Origin: Candidatus Firestoneibacteriota bacterium
GTDB lineage: Bacteria; Oederibacteriota; D2-FULL-39-29
Assembly: GCA_026388015.1 (NCBI GenBank)
Contig: JAPLKO010000047.1
Span: forward strand, 108,424-172,423
Length of the DNA: 64,000 nucleotides
Direction: 5' to 3'
Position numbers and translations under genes: made by a program
The notes under the pieces: model-generated
The model's database searches: none
Seen by the model: only the letters and a program-made list of their open reading frames with translations
Told to the model about the DNA's origin: nothing
Part shown: piece after piece, positions 30,823 to 40,755 of the stretch
Layout of the letters: each line of letters starts with the position of its first letter
Numbering within the stretch: the first letter of the stretch is position 1

Positions 30823-31668
30823 GTGTTCCAATCAGAGCTCAAGAACAAGGTCGGAATCCTTACCGGAGGCAGCAGCGGTTTTGGTTTTGAAATGACCAAA
30901 ACTATAGTGTCTCAGGGCGGAAAGCTGGCAGTCTTCTCGGCTGATGAGATTTCAGACGCAGGACGGAAAGAAATTAAAGAAGCCGGCAGCGGAGAGGCGG
31001 TTTTTCTCCACCAGGATATAACAGCCCCGGGCGCAGCAGACACGATGGTGGATGAGACAATCAAGCGCTACGGCAAGCTGGATTTTGTAGTAGCCAATGC
31101 AGGCCTTGCAATCCGTTTTGAAGAGCCCCTTTTGGATATGCCCGCAGAGAAGATAGTTGCAGCAATGCAAAACCAGTTCGCGATGTTCCCTATAGCTTTT
31201 GCAACACTGGCGCTAAGAGCCGCAAAAGCAATGGCGCCCCGTTATCAGAATCTTCCGTTTAACGCAGCAGGTCACCGGAATGATTCCGGTTCCATAGTGG
31301 CAACACTTTCAGTAGCTTCAGTAATTCCTTTAAGAGATGACCTTCTGGCTTACTCTGCCGCCAAGAGAGCTGCGCTTTCCGTGATGGAAAGTCTGGCAGC
31401 GACACTCGGCAAATATAACATCAGAGTTAATGCTATCGCGCCGGGATTTGCCAACACCGCCGGCCCGAAGAAATTCTACGACCGTTATCCCAACATCAAA
31501 GAAGATATCGAATACCGGACACATCTTAAACCCTCTTTCCTGCATCCGGGCGCTGTTGTCCCTACGGTAATACATCTTTTAACCGATAATTACGTCACCG
31601 GCCAGTGCATAGTCATTGACGGTGGCTATACAAATAATACTACAGTTTACTTTCAGGAGAAAAAATAA
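30823..31668 (+). CDS. Short-chain dehydrogenase/reductase (SDR)
   Basis: TGGSSGFG, ANAG, YSAAK catalytic motif, IRVNAIAPG; GGAGG RBS. Confidence 0.9.
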   Translation: MFQSELKNKVGILTGGSSGFGFEMTKTIVSQGGKLAVFSADEISDAGRKEIKEAGSGEAVFLHQDITAPGAADTMVDETIKRYGKLDFVVANAGLAIRFEEPLLDMPAEKIVAAMQNQFAMFPIAFATLALRAAKAMAPRYQNLPFNAAGHRNDSGSIVATLSVASVIPLRDDLLAYSAAKRAALSVMESLAATLGKYNIRVNAIAPGFANTAGPKKFYDRYPNIKEDIEYRTHLKPSFLHPGAVVPTVIHLLTDNYVTGQCIVIDGGYTNNTTVYFQEKK

Positions 31669-32504
31669 TGAAACAGTCTATAACTGAACTAAAGAAATCA
31701 GCCTGGCAAATAAGGCTCGAACTGATAAGGATGTTCGGGGTCGGAAAACCGCATCATTACGGCGGCACGCTTTCCTGCGCGGAAATAGTCGCTGCGCTTT
31801 ATTTCCACAAAATGAACTTTTCCAAGGAACTCTTAAATGCTCCGGAAAGAGACCGGCTTATAATGAGTAAAGGGCATACGGTACCAGCGCAATATGCGGC
31901 TCTTGCGATGCTCGGTGTTTTTCCAATGGAAGAGCTGAAAACTATAAAACGTCTCGGCAGCCGCCTGCAGGGACATCCTGATATTACCAAGACCCCCGGC
32001 ATCGAAGCACCCACCGGTTCGCTCGGACAGGGGCTTTCTTATGCAAACGGCATAGCGCTTGCGGCAAAACTTGACGGACTAAAATTTAATATCTTCGTGA
32101 TAGTCGGCGACGGCGAACTCCAGGAAGGTCAGACCTGGGAAGCCGCAATGACCACGAGTCAGCACTGCCTGGGTAATCTTTGTGTTATAGTCGATAGAAA
32201 TGTTCACCAGAGCCAGGGTTGTGTTTCAGAAATAATGGATGTCGAGCCTCTGGATAAAAAATGGCAGGCGTTCGGCTGGGATACGGTTCGTATAGACGGC
32301 CACAATATGGAAGCCGTTTGCAAAGCACTGGATGGTTTTACCGGACAGGGAAAACGCCCGCTTGCGATAATCGCGGACACCATCAAAGGAAAAGGCGTAA
32401 AGTTTATGGAAGATGTTTACAAGTTCCACAACGCCGCACTTACGGAAGAGCAGTTTAAAGAGGCGGAAAAAGAAATTCTTGCCGGGTTACAGGAGGTAAA
32501 ATAA
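31668..32504 (+). CDS. Transketolase, N-terminal (TPP-binding) subunit
   Basis: DRLIMSKGH, LQGHP, GSLGQG, GDGELQEG. Confidence 0.93.
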   Translation: MKQSITELKKSAWQIRLELIRMFGVGKPHHYGGTLSCAEIVAALYFHKMNFSKELLNAPERDRLIMSKGHTVPAQYAALAMLGVFPMEELKTIKRLGSRLQGHPDITKTPGIEAPTGSLGQGLSYANGIALAAKLDGLKFNIFVIVGDGELQEGQTWEAAMTTSQHCLGNLCVIVDRNVHQSQGCVSEIMDVEPLDKKWQAFGWDTVRIDGHNMEAVCKALDGFTGQGKRPLAIIADTIKGKGVKFMEDVYKFHNAALTEEQFKEAEKEILAGLQEVK

Positions 32505-32505
32505 C

Positions 32506-33444
32506 ATGAGCGCATTAAAGACAAGAGAAGCGCGTGACGGTTATGGTGAAGGTCTGGTAAAACTTGCAAAAGCGCATAAAGATGTAATAGCTATGGATTG
32601 CGATCTCGGCAGATCTACGAGATCTTTTAGAATAACAGAAGTAGATAAAAACCGTTTTTTTGATATGGGTATAGCAGAACAAGATATGCTTTCAACCGCA
32701 GCAGGTATGGCAAAGATGGGTAAAACTGTTTTCGTCAACTCATTCGGGGTGTTCGTGACCGGCAGAGCGTTTGACCAGATTCGCCAGCAGGTTTCCCTGC
32801 CCAAAGCAAACGTAAAAGTTTGCGGCAGCAGCTCCGGTCTTACACAGGGAGCGGACGGCGCAACCCACCAGTCTGTTGTAGATGTTGCTCTAATGAGAAA
32901 TCTTCCCAATATGACGGTAGTTGTACCGGCAGACGCAAAACAGGCAGAAGAAGCAGTTATTGCTCTTTATGATGTCAAAGGCCCTGCATATTTAAGGCTT
33001 TCTAAGCATCCGACTCCGGACTATATTCCGGAAACTCCGGCTTTTAAAATAGGAAAAGCCCAGGTGCTCCGTACCGGCAGCGATATCTGCCTTTGCGGCT
33101 GCGGTCCGGTTATGTATAACGTCCTTGCGGCGGCGGATGTTCTTGAAAAAGCAGGAATAAAGACCGGCGTGGTGAACTTCCATACAATAAAACCTCTGGA
33201 TGTTGAAACAGTCAAGAGCTTGGCCGGAAAGTACAAAAGAATTGTTTCCATAGAAGAACACAGCATACTCGGCGGACTCGGAAGTGCGCTGGCGGAAGTA
33301 ATCGCCGGTCTCGAAAAAGGCGCCACTCTCCTTCGTCTCGGGGTACCGGACACTTTTGGTGAATCCGGTTCCGGAGAAGAGCTCCTTGCCAAATACGGAC
33401 TTGATACGGACGGTATAGTTAAATCCGTTAAAAATTTAAAGTAG
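32506..33444 (+). CDS. Transketolase, C-terminal subunit
   Basis: MGIAEQDM, DGATHQ, GPAYLRL, EEHSILGGLG. Confidence 0.93.
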   Translation: MSALKTREARDGYGEGLVKLAKAHKDVIAMDCDLGRSTRSFRITEVDKNRFFDMGIAEQDMLSTAAGMAKMGKTVFVNSFGVFVTGRAFDQIRQQVSLPKANVKVCGSSSGLTQGADGATHQSVVDVALMRNLPNMTVVVPADAKQAEEAVIALYDVKGPAYLRLSKHPTPDYIPETPAFKIGKAQVLRTGSDICLCGCGPVMYNVLAAADVLEKAGIKTGVVNFHTIKPLDVETVKSLAGKYKRIVSIEEHSILGGLGSALAEVIAGLEKGATLLRLGVPDTFGESGSGEELLAKYGLDTDGIVKSVKNLK

Positions 33445-33465
33445 TTTCACAGGAGAAAATATATT

Positions 33466-34866
33466 ATGAGCGCAAATGAAAATGCGGTAAGTATGGTTGG
33501 TGCACTGGTTGAACGTTCGAAAAGAGCGCAGAAAATATTTGAATCTGCTTCGCAGGAACAGGTAGATGAGCTGACGGCGCGTGTCGCCTGGGCCGGCGTA
33601 AAACCGGAGTTCGCAAAGCAGCTGGCAGAAACGCTGGTGGCCGAAAGCGGTCTTGGTTTTGCTCCGCACAAAATAATGAAAATTATGACCAAGATTAAAG
33701 GATCTCTCAGGGATATGAAAGGAAAAAAATCCGTCGGTGTTGTTTTTGAAGATAAGGAGGCCGGGATAATCAAGCTGGCAAAACCTGTCGGGGTAATAGG
33801 CGGCATTCTTCCCGTAACAAACGGCGAAGCAACTCCTTTTGTAAAAGTTCTATTCGCTTTGAAAACCAGGAACTCCATCATCCTCGCCCCGCACCCTAAG
33901 GCGCTAAAGACGTGCAACATGGCGGTTAACGCAATACGCGCTGTGTTAAAAAAACAGGGTTGGCCCGAAGATCTGGTTATCGGCATGGATCCCGTATCCA
34001 TTGATTCCAGTATGGAGCTTATGAAACAGTGCGACCTGGTAATCGCAACCGGAGGCGCAGGCCTTGTTAAAGCTGCCTATGCCAGCGGCACACCCAGCTA
34101 CGGAGTCGGCGCCGGAAATTCAGTATGTGTAGTTGATGAAACTGCAGATTTAAAAGATGTAGCCGATAAGATAATGCGCTCCAAGACTTTTGATTATGCG
34201 ACAAGCTGTTCTACCGAAAATGAGGTTATTATTCAGGAAGGCGTTTACGATAAGCTTATAAAAGAGCTTGAAGCAGCAGGCGGCTACCTGGTCAAACCGG
34301 AAGAAAAAGGAAAACTTCAGGCGGCCATGTGGGATGCAAAAACACACGCCTTGAATCGCGGCGTTGTCGCTCAGTCTGCCGCCGCAATCGCAAAACTTGC
34401 CGGAATAAACCTGCCTGAAGGAAAAAGTTTTCTGATGGTACCGGAAACCGGTGTCGGAGACGAGTTCCCGTTCTCCCGCGAAAAACTTTCCGTCACGATG
34501 GCAGTATACAAATGGAAAACATTTAAAGATGCTATAGAGCTCGTTAACAAGATTACAACGAACTGCGGGGCGGGACACTCCTGCGGTATTCACACTACGA
34601 ACGAACTCCGGATAAAAGAGCTGGCTCTCAAAGTAAAAGTATCGCGCATTATGATACGCCAGCCGCAGTGCTTGGGCAACTCCGGCGCCTGGACCAACGG
34701 TATGCCGATGACTATGACCTTAGGTTGCGGTACATGGGGCGGGAACATCAGCAGTTCGAACATCACCTGGGAACATATGCTTAACTACACCTGGGTTTCT
34801 TATCCGATTCCGAGCACCCAGCCGACTGATGAAGAGTTATTTGGCACCATAATGAACGAGAATTAG
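33466..34866 (+). CDS. CoA-acylating aldehyde dehydrogenase (SauS-like, tentative)
   Basis: KPVGVIGGILPVTN, ATGG, GVGAGN, SKTFDYATSCSTEN (catalytic Cys), EKLS, GHSCGIH, TLGCGTWGGN. Confidence 0.88.
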   Translation: MSANENAVSMVGALVERSKRAQKIFESASQEQVDELTARVAWAGVKPEFAKQLAETLVAESGLGFAPHKIMKIMTKIKGSLRDMKGKKSVGVVFEDKEAGIIKLAKPVGVIGGILPVTNGEATPFVKVLFALKTRNSIILAPHPKALKTCNMAVNAIRAVLKKQGWPEDLVIGMDPVSIDSSMELMKQCDLVIATGGAGLVKAAYASGTPSYGVGAGNSVCVVDETADLKDVADKIMRSKTFDYATSCSTENEVIIQEGVYDKLIKELEAAGGYLVKPEEKGKLQAAMWDAKTHALNRGVVAQSAAAIAKLAGINLPEGKSFLMVPETGVGDEFPFSREKLSVTMAVYKWKTFKDAIELVNKITTNCGAGHSCGIHTTNELRIKELALKVKVSRIMIRQPQCLGNSGAWTNGMPMTMTLGCGTWGGNISSSNITWEHMLNYTWVSYPIPSTQPTDEELFGTIMNEN

Positions 34867-34895
34867 AAAGAAAAATTAGAGGCGCATGGTATATA

Positions 34896-36089
34896 TTACT
34901 GTGCGCCTTCTTTTTTTGGTGAAACCGGAGGTTTAAATAAACGGTTAAAAAGAAACAGACCAAAGAGCAGGATGCCGGAGGCAGAGAGTAGAGCCAGGTC
35001 GTATTTTCCTGTACGGTCAAGGATGTACCCCGCAAAAGGCGGAGCCAGAAGCCCGCTTATAAGGTTACTCGCAAAAAGCAAAGGATATATCTGCCCGAGT
35101 CTTTCCACTCCGAAGTATTTCGAAACCGCAGAAGCGTAAACCACAAGCGCGCACCCGTAATTGAACCCGGCAAGCACCGCAAAAAGATAATAAAGCGTTG
35201 TATTTCTGACAAAAAATACCGAGAGGAACAACACCGACGCCTGTAATAGTATTGAATAATACACGCTTTTCTCTTCGCCTATTTTATGCACGATATAACC
35301 CCAAGCCATCCTGCCGGCTGAGTTGAAAAGTGAAAGCAAAGAAACACCGACCGTAGCCAAAGCTCCGGCAACTCCCCACATGCTTCCCATGGATTTAACA
35401 TTCCCGATGACTAAGATACCTGCAAAGATAGAAACGGACATAGCAGAAAACAGTGCCCAGAATATTTTAGAAGTAAATATCTCACGGTACTTAAGCGGCA
35501 TTGTTTCTTCTTTTCCCGCTTTGCCGGCCGGAGCCTTCAAAAATACCGATAGAGAGCACACCGTAACTATAATGATGCTCCCGGAGATCTTAAACGTATT
35601 TGAAATGTGCATCCCGCCTCTTAAAAGGTAATCAACAAAAAGCGCCAGAAGAAGAGAGCCGATACCCAGACCGCTTACGGAAATCCCGGTTGCCAGAGCT
35701 TTTTTATCAGGAAAACATTTCTGCACCGTTTCAAGCGGTGAGATGTAAGCAAGACCTCCCCCGAACCCTCCAAGAACGCCTACACCGGTTATTAAAAGCA
35801 TTAGATTTGGTTGTGTAAGTCCGGGGATAAAAAATCCTGCGCCCATAACCGCCCCTCCGGCAAAAGCCAGTACGCGAGCCCCGGTCTTTTTCACCAACCT
35901 TCCCCCGAGCAAAAATCCAGCCGCGAAAAAGAATTGAAAAATACCAAAGACCATCTGTGCATCCCGCATCTGAAAAGCATACTTCGTATGGAGCTCATGC
36001 GCAAAAACACTCCACGCATAGCCCGCGCCAAAGCACATGGACATAACAAAAGAAACTATAAGGACAAATACTCTTTGATTTTTACTCAA
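34896..36089 (-). CDS. MFS transporter, oxalate/formate antiporter (OFA)-like
   Basis: GAGYAWSVF, FPDKKALATG, FNSAGRMAWG; about 12 TM segments. Confidence 0.82.
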   Translation of the reverse strand: MSKNQRVFVLIVSFVMSMCFGAGYAWSVFAHELHTKYAFQMRDAQMVFGIFQFFFAAGFLLGGRLVKKTGARVLAFAGGAVMGAGFFIPGLTQPNLMLLITGVGVLGGFGGGLAYISPLETVQKCFPDKKALATGISVSGLGIGSLLLALFVDYLLRGGMHISNTFKISGSIIIVTVCSLSVFLKAPAGKAGKEETMPLKYREIFTSKIFWALFSAMSVSIFAGILVIGNVKSMGSMWGVAGALATVGVSLLSLFNSAGRMAWGYIVHKIGEEKSVYYSILLQASVLFLSVFFVRNTTLYYLFAVLAGFNYGCALVVYASAVSKYFGVERLGQIYPLLFASNLISGLLAPPFAGYILDRTGKYDLALLSASGILLFGLFLFNRLFKPPVSPKKEGAQ

Positions 36090-36095
36090 GGTAAA

Positions 36096-37199
36096 TTATT
36101 CCTTTCCTTCAGGCAGATTAAGATGACTTGCTTCCTGTAAACTCTCTATTTTATTCACGACCGCGTCTAGTTTGTTCTTTCTGGTGGTCACGAGTTTGTT
36201 GAACTCTTCCTGCGCGGCGCTTATTTTTTCACCGAGCTTTTCATAACAGCCGGTGTACTCTTCCCATTGTTTGCCGAAAGCCGATAAAAGTTTTAGTATT
36301 TCAGAAGCCGTCGCTTCCATTTTAAAATTATCAATCGCCTGGCGCATTATTACAAGCAGCGCATAAAGCGTAAGAGGAGAGCAGAGCACCACTTTTTTCT
36401 GCAGTGCCTCATCCATGATAAGCGGCTCCATCCGGTTAATAAAAGCAAACACCTGCTCGTTTGGTATGAACACAATCACGTAATCCAGGGTATTCTCTTC
36501 GGCGTTAATATAATCCCTGGTCGTTACCTCTTTTATCCTGCTCCTGACATCGGAAAGGAACTTTTTTTCATAATTTTCTTTTTCCACCTGACCTGCGGCG
36601 TTTAAAGATGCCGTATAGTTATCAAGAGGAAACTTCACATCCATATTTACTTTAAGGTTCTTAGGAAGTGTAAACGTAAAATCCGGTTTGTTTCCCGCTT
36701 CATTTTTTTGCTGTTTGGCGTAGTTAATTCCCTCGGCAAAACCCGCAAGCCGAAGCACATCTTCCGCCATCCGCTCCCCCCATTTCCCGCGGGCCTGAGA
36801 GGAGGAAAGCGCAGTGTTCAGTTTTTCCGTAGTCTGCTGGAGTTTGCCCGTCTGTTCCGCCGTCTGTTTTATCTGATTGGAAAGCTCGCCGAATTTATTC
36901 TCCCGGTCCTTTTCAAGATTGTTCATAAGGTTTTCCACTTTTAAAAGGTCGGTTTTCATCCCGTTTAGAGTCTGGTCTATAAGCTGTTTTTTTCCTTCAA
37001 GCTCCTTTTCCCCTGAGACCAGTTGTTTGGAAAGCGCTTCATTTACAAACGGAATCATATCTTTCCAGGCATCCAAAGACATCGCCTTAAAAGAGTCCTT
37101 CATCCTCTGCTCTTCCTCTTTTTTACGAAGAAGATGGATAATATAGTAAGCCAAAAGCCCCAGCACAAAACCTATTATGAAAGTTATTATCGGATTCAT
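36096..37199 (-). CDS. rmuC: DNA recombination protein RmuC
   Basis: N-terminal TM, coiled coil, RGKWGE, PDFTFTLP, DVKFP, FIPNE, SPLTL. Confidence 0.9.
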   Translation of the reverse strand: MNPIITFIIGFVLGLLAYYIIHLLRKKEEEQRMKDSFKAMSLDAWKDMIPFVNEALSKQLVSGEKELEGKKQLIDQTLNGMKTDLLKVENLMNNLEKDRENKFGELSNQIKQTAEQTGKLQQTTEKLNTALSSSQARGKWGERMAEDVLRLAGFAEGINYAKQQKNEAGNKPDFTFTLPKNLKVNMDVKFPLDNYTASLNAAGQVEKENYEKKFLSDVRSRIKEVTTRDYINAEENTLDYVIVFIPNEQVFAFINRMEPLIMDEALQKKVVLCSPLTLYALLVIMRQAIDNFKMEATASEILKLLSAFGKQWEEYTGCYEKLGEKISAAQEEFNKLVTTRKNKLDAVVNKIESLQEASHLNLPEGKE

Positions 37200-37234
37200 A
37201 GTTTATTTTATCCTAAATACGGCAGGTTTTCAAT
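37130..37234. repeat. rmuC 5' region, source of a ~105-bp duplication
   Basis: About 90% identical to 55156-55260. Confidence 0.85.
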
Positions 37235-37368
37235 CAATTAGGTTAACCCGGAGCATTGGAAAGGTTTGGATTCGATTCCGTTGGAAGTATGAGAAGGGCT
37301 TTTTGGGGAGATTTCAAAGCGACAAAATTACACTGCTTCCGGATATACAGAAAGCACGTATTGATTAT

Positions 37369-37719
37369 TTACCTCGCCACCAGCCAAATACCGCCTACCA
37401 GGAGTGCCAAACCCACCATTTGAACAGTTGTAATTGTTTCTTTAAAATATATTACCGAAACAGCGCTAATAATAAATAGCCCGCCGGTGGTCATAATCGG
37501 ATAGGCGATACTTAGAGGCATTTTCTTCAGTGTAATGCTATAGGCCGCCAGCGCAAGACCAAAACACAAGACACCGCTGATCACCGGAAGTGAAAGCCAT
37601 TTTGTCTTAAGGGCTTCTATTAGGCCTCCGGGAACATCAGGTCGAGCCATCCCGGCTTTGATGAGAATATTAGCGACAGCGTTTAGGACAAGAGCAGTGA
37701 ATAGTATGAACCATTTCAT
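37369..37719 (-). CDS. SMR/EamA-like small membrane transporter
   Basis: Four TM segments, PLSIAYP and YFKETIT motifs. Confidence 0.8.
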   Translation of the reverse strand: MKWFILFTALVLNAVANILIKAGMARPDVPGGLIEALKTKWLSLPVISGVLCFGLALAAYSITLKKMPLSIAYPIMTTGGLFIISAVSVIYFKETITTVQMVGLALLVGGIWLVAR

Positions 37720-37775
37720 AATAACTCCCTAAAACAATTTCAGACTTTGAACCAAAACCGATAAATAGCATATTT

Positions 37776-39062
37776 CTATAACAACTTGCCTTCCTGCATT
37801 TTTATTTCACCGCCGACAATAGTCATAAAGGCGGCGCCTTTGACCGGTCTGCCGTTGAATGGGGAATTCTTGCTTTTGCTTGCAAATTTGTTCACATCTA
37901 TTACATATTTCTTTTCAAGATCAAGGACTGTGATATCCGCAGCGGCTCCGGCTGAAAGAGAACCTTTCTTTAAACCCAGAATTTTTGCCGGCATAACCGA
38001 GAGTTTTTCTACGGCCTGTTCCAACGTTAGGATTTTTTTATCCACAAGCTCCGTCAGGGTAAGAGGAAGCATAGTTTCAAGACCTACAATGCCAAAAGCT
38101 GCGTAATTATATTCTACTTCTTTATCAATCCTTCCGTGCGGAGCATGATCAGAAGCTATACAATCAATTGTGCCGTCTTTCAGCCCTGCTATTATTGCCT
38201 TAACATCTTCAGCGCTTCTTAACGGCGGATTCATTTTAGTATTTGTATCATAACTTTTGACCGCTTCGTCGTTAAGTGTAAAATAGTGAGGCGCTGTCTC
38301 ACAGGTAACCCTCATCCCCTGTTTTTTTGCCCACCTGATAATCTCTACGGATTCTTTACAGCTGACGTGCGCAATATGAACCAACGCCTTCATGTAATTC
38401 GCAATGGAGATATTTCTGTAAACCATTATACTTTCTGCCACAGGGGCCATACCCCGGAGTCCAAGAACCGTCGAATTAAAACTTTCGTTCATTACCCCGT
38501 CCACAGTCATATTTTTATCTTCGCAATGAGTGATAATTGAAACATTAAATTGTTTTGTATATTCGAAAGCCCGCCGCATTATCTCAGCATTCATTAAAGG
38601 CGCAGCATCATCAGATAACGCAACGACACCGCTTTTTAAAAGCATTCCGATATCAGAGATTTCCTCGCCTTTTGCGTTTTTTGAAACTGAGGCTATGGGA
38701 TAAACATTTGCCAGATTTTCTTTTTTCCCTTTTGAAATAACGTATTCTACAACTGCGGTATTATCCATTACCGGGTCGGTATTTGGCATACAGGCAACAG
38801 AAGCAAAGCCTCCCAGCACGGCCGCTCTTACACCAGTACTGATAGTTTCTTTATATTCAAAACCAGGCTCCCTAAGATGAACATGCATATCGATGAGACC
38901 GGGAACAATAATTTTACTTTTCAAATCCACAAGCATTGCAGCTTTATCCTTAATATTTTTTGCAACCTTGCTGATTTTTCCGTCTTCAATTAGAACATCC
39001 AGAACCTCATTTATTTTATTTACTGGATCAATTACCCTGCCTGCTGAGAGTAGCAATTTCAT
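37776..39062 (-). CDS. pyrC: Dihydroorotase
   Basis: PGLIDMHVHLREPG, MPNT, KMNPPLR, ASDHAPH; start at ATG 39062 after GGAGG. Confidence 0.95.
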   Translation of the reverse strand: MKLLLSAGRVIDPVNKINEVLDVLIEDGKISKVAKNIKDKAAMLVDLKSKIIVPGLIDMHVHLREPGFEYKETISTGVRAAVLGGFASVACMPNTDPVMDNTAVVEYVISKGKKENLANVYPIASVSKNAKGEEISDIGMLLKSGVVALSDDAAPLMNAEIMRRAFEYTKQFNVSIITHCEDKNMTVDGVMNESFNSTVLGLRGMAPVAESIMVYRNISIANYMKALVHIAHVSCKESVEIIRWAKKQGMRVTCETAPHYFTLNDEAVKSYDTNTKMNPPLRSAEDVKAIIAGLKDGTIDCIASDHAPHGRIDKEVEYNYAAFGIVGLETMLPLTLTELVDKKILTLEQAVEKLSVMPAKILGLKKGSLSAGAAADITVLDLEKKYVIDVNKFASKSKNSPFNGRPVKGAAFMTIVGGEIKMQEGKLL

Positions 39063-39984
39063 TAGTCTCACCTCCGGCTAATAAGTATAGTACTGCCATT
39101 CTTACTGCAATTCCATTTGTAACCTGCTCGCAGATAACTGATTGTTCGCTATCGGCAACTTCTGAAGATATTTCTACTCCGCGATTCATAGGTCCGGGAT
39201 GCATTACCAGCGCATCAATATTCGCAAGCTTTAGTTTTTCTTCATCCACACCGTATAGGGTAGAGAACTCCCTGAGAGAAGGAAAAAGGTTTCTTTTCTG
39301 TCTTTCAATCTGTATTCTCAGCATATAAACAACATCAGCGCCTTTAATCGCTTTTCGAAGATCGTGGTCAACTTTTACTCCCAACCTCTCAATATCCTGC
39401 GGGATCAGCGTTGGCGGCGCAACGAGTGTAAGATCGGCGCCCATTTTTGTCATACCATATATATTGGACCTGGCAACGCGGCTATGCGCGATATCTCCGA
39501 CCATAACAATTTTCAGCCCTTTTATCTTTTTCTTTTTTTCTCTTATTGTAAATAAATCCAGCAACCCTTGTGTCGGATGTTCGTGCATCCCATCCCCGGC
39601 ATTTACTATACCTGATTTTAGGGTCTTTGTAAGAAGCAGGGGAACGCCGGAACAGGAATGTCTCACAACAATCATATCTGATTCAAGAGCTTCAATAGTC
39701 TTTGCCGTGTCAATAAGGGTTTCGCCCTTTGCAACGCTGCTGGTAGAAACAGAGAAGTTTATGACATCCGCGCTCAAACGCTTTGCTGCAAGTTCAAAAG
39801 AAGTTCTGGTGCGGGTAGAGTTTTCAAAAAATAGATTTACAATAGTGCGGCCGCGGAGAGCCGGAACCTTTTTAATCTTTCTGTCAAAAACTGATTTAAA
39901 TGATTCTGCGGTATTAAGATACGTTTCAATTTCTTCGGTTGTTGCATCTTCCAGTCCGATAAGATGCTTTCGTTTTAGACCCAT
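39028..39984 (-). CDS. pyrB: Aspartate carbamoyltransferase catalytic subunit
   Basis: FFENSTRTRTSFE, NAGDGMHEHPTQ, HPGPMNRG. Confidence 0.97.
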   Translation of the reverse strand: MGLKRKHLIGLEDATTEEIETYLNTAESFKSVFDRKIKKVPALRGRTIVNLFFENSTRTRTSFELAAKRLSADVINFSVSTSSVAKGETLIDTAKTIEALESDMIVVRHSCSGVPLLLTKTLKSGIVNAGDGMHEHPTQGLLDLFTIREKKKKIKGLKIVMVGDIAHSRVARSNIYGMTKMGADLTLVAPPTLIPQDIERLGVKVDHDLRKAIKGADVVYMLRIQIERQKRNLFPSLREFSTLYGVDEEKLKLANIDALVMHPGPMNRGVEISSEVADSEQSVICEQVTNGIAVRMAVLYLLAGGETNEIATLSRQGN

Positions 39985-40072
39985 TTATTCACCTCCGGTG
40001 ATTAAAATTCGAAAACCTAAACAGTCGCTGTCCTTCCGGCGATCGGCAATACTCCGTACATCGCTTTCTTTG

Positions 40073-40594
40073 CTACAATATTGCAACACCGTCTTCTCCG
40101 TCAGATTCCTGCATTTTTATTTCTACCGCCTCTTTAAAAGAGGTTGGAATATTTTTACCGACATAATCTGCGTGAATCGGAAGCTGTTTGTGACCCCGGT
40201 CTATCAAAACCAGCAATTGAATTTTTTTAGGTCTGCCCAGATCTAAGAGCGCGTCTATTGCCGCCCGGGTGCTTCTTCCTGTAAAAAGAACATCATCAAC
40301 CAGAATAATATTTTTCCCGTCTATGCTAAATTTTATATCAGTCGACTGGGGGTTATTGGAGATTTTCAAGCTAACATCGTCTCTGTAAAAAGTAATATCT
40401 ATCGCCCCGACAGGAATCGTCTTCCCGCTTAACTTTTCAATGCGGGCGGCAATTCTCGCTGCAATAAGATCCCCCCTGCTTTTAATTCCCACCATAGCTA
40501 TTTCCTCTAAATTATCATTTTTTTCTATTACTTCGTGAGCCAAACGGGCCAAAGTCTTGCCAAGTCCGTCCTTATCCATTATCTTCTTAACCAT
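40073..40594 (-). CDS. pyrR: Bifunctional pyr operon attenuation regulator / UPRTase
   Basis: RLAHEVIEKN, DITFYRDD, LVDDVLFTGR, DRGHKQLPIHADYVGKN. Confidence 0.96.
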   Translation of the reverse strand: MVKKIMDKDGLGKTLARLAHEVIEKNDNLEEIAMVGIKSRGDLIAARIAARIEKLSGKTIPVGAIDITFYRDDVSLKISNNPQSTDIKFSIDGKNIILVDDVLFTGRSTRAAIDALLDLGRPKKIQLLVLIDRGHKQLPIHADYVGKNIPTSFKEAVEIKMQESDGEDGVAIL

Positions 40595-40611
40595 GGCACC
40601 CCCATTTTAGT

Positions 40612-40652
40612 AAAAAAAAAGCCTTTTTAACGGCACTAACCGCTAAAAAGGC
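40612..40652 (-). terminator. Attenuator terminator in the pyrR leader
   Basis: Minus strand GCCTTTTTAGCGG-N6-CCGTTAAAAAGGC followed by T9, just upstream of the pyrR RBS. Confidence 0.85.
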
Positions 40653-40688
40653 ACTCATATTTTCCAAGCAAACTGCTTTCATCTGACT

Positions 40689-40720
40689 CCTTGCCAACCT
40701 CTCCGGGTTGGATTTAAAGG
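40689..40720 (-). promoter_or_regulatory. PyrR-binding RNA stem-loop
   Basis: Minus strand CCTTTAA-ATCC-AACCCGGAGAGGTT-GGCAAGG resembles the CUUUAA...ARUCCNGNGAGGYU consensus. Confidence 0.85.
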
Positions 40721-40726
40721 TGCTTG

Positions 40727-40755
40727 AATATAGCAGTATTTTCGTATTTTGTCAA
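40727..40755 (-). promoter_or_regulatory. sigma70-type promoter of the pyr operon
   Basis: TTGACA-N17-TATATT with TGC extended -10. Confidence 0.7.

Noticed and set aside
37177-37479. 100-aa plus-strand ORF overlapping the rmuC start
   Set aside because: Overlaps two minus-strand genes, and its third-position conservation is equally explained by the rmuC frame.
39464-40246. 260-aa plus-strand ORF and many similar antisense ORFs (e.g. 14157-14789, 26907-27548, 33447-34001)
   Set aside because: Shadow frames opposite well-conserved genes, with no motifs of their own.
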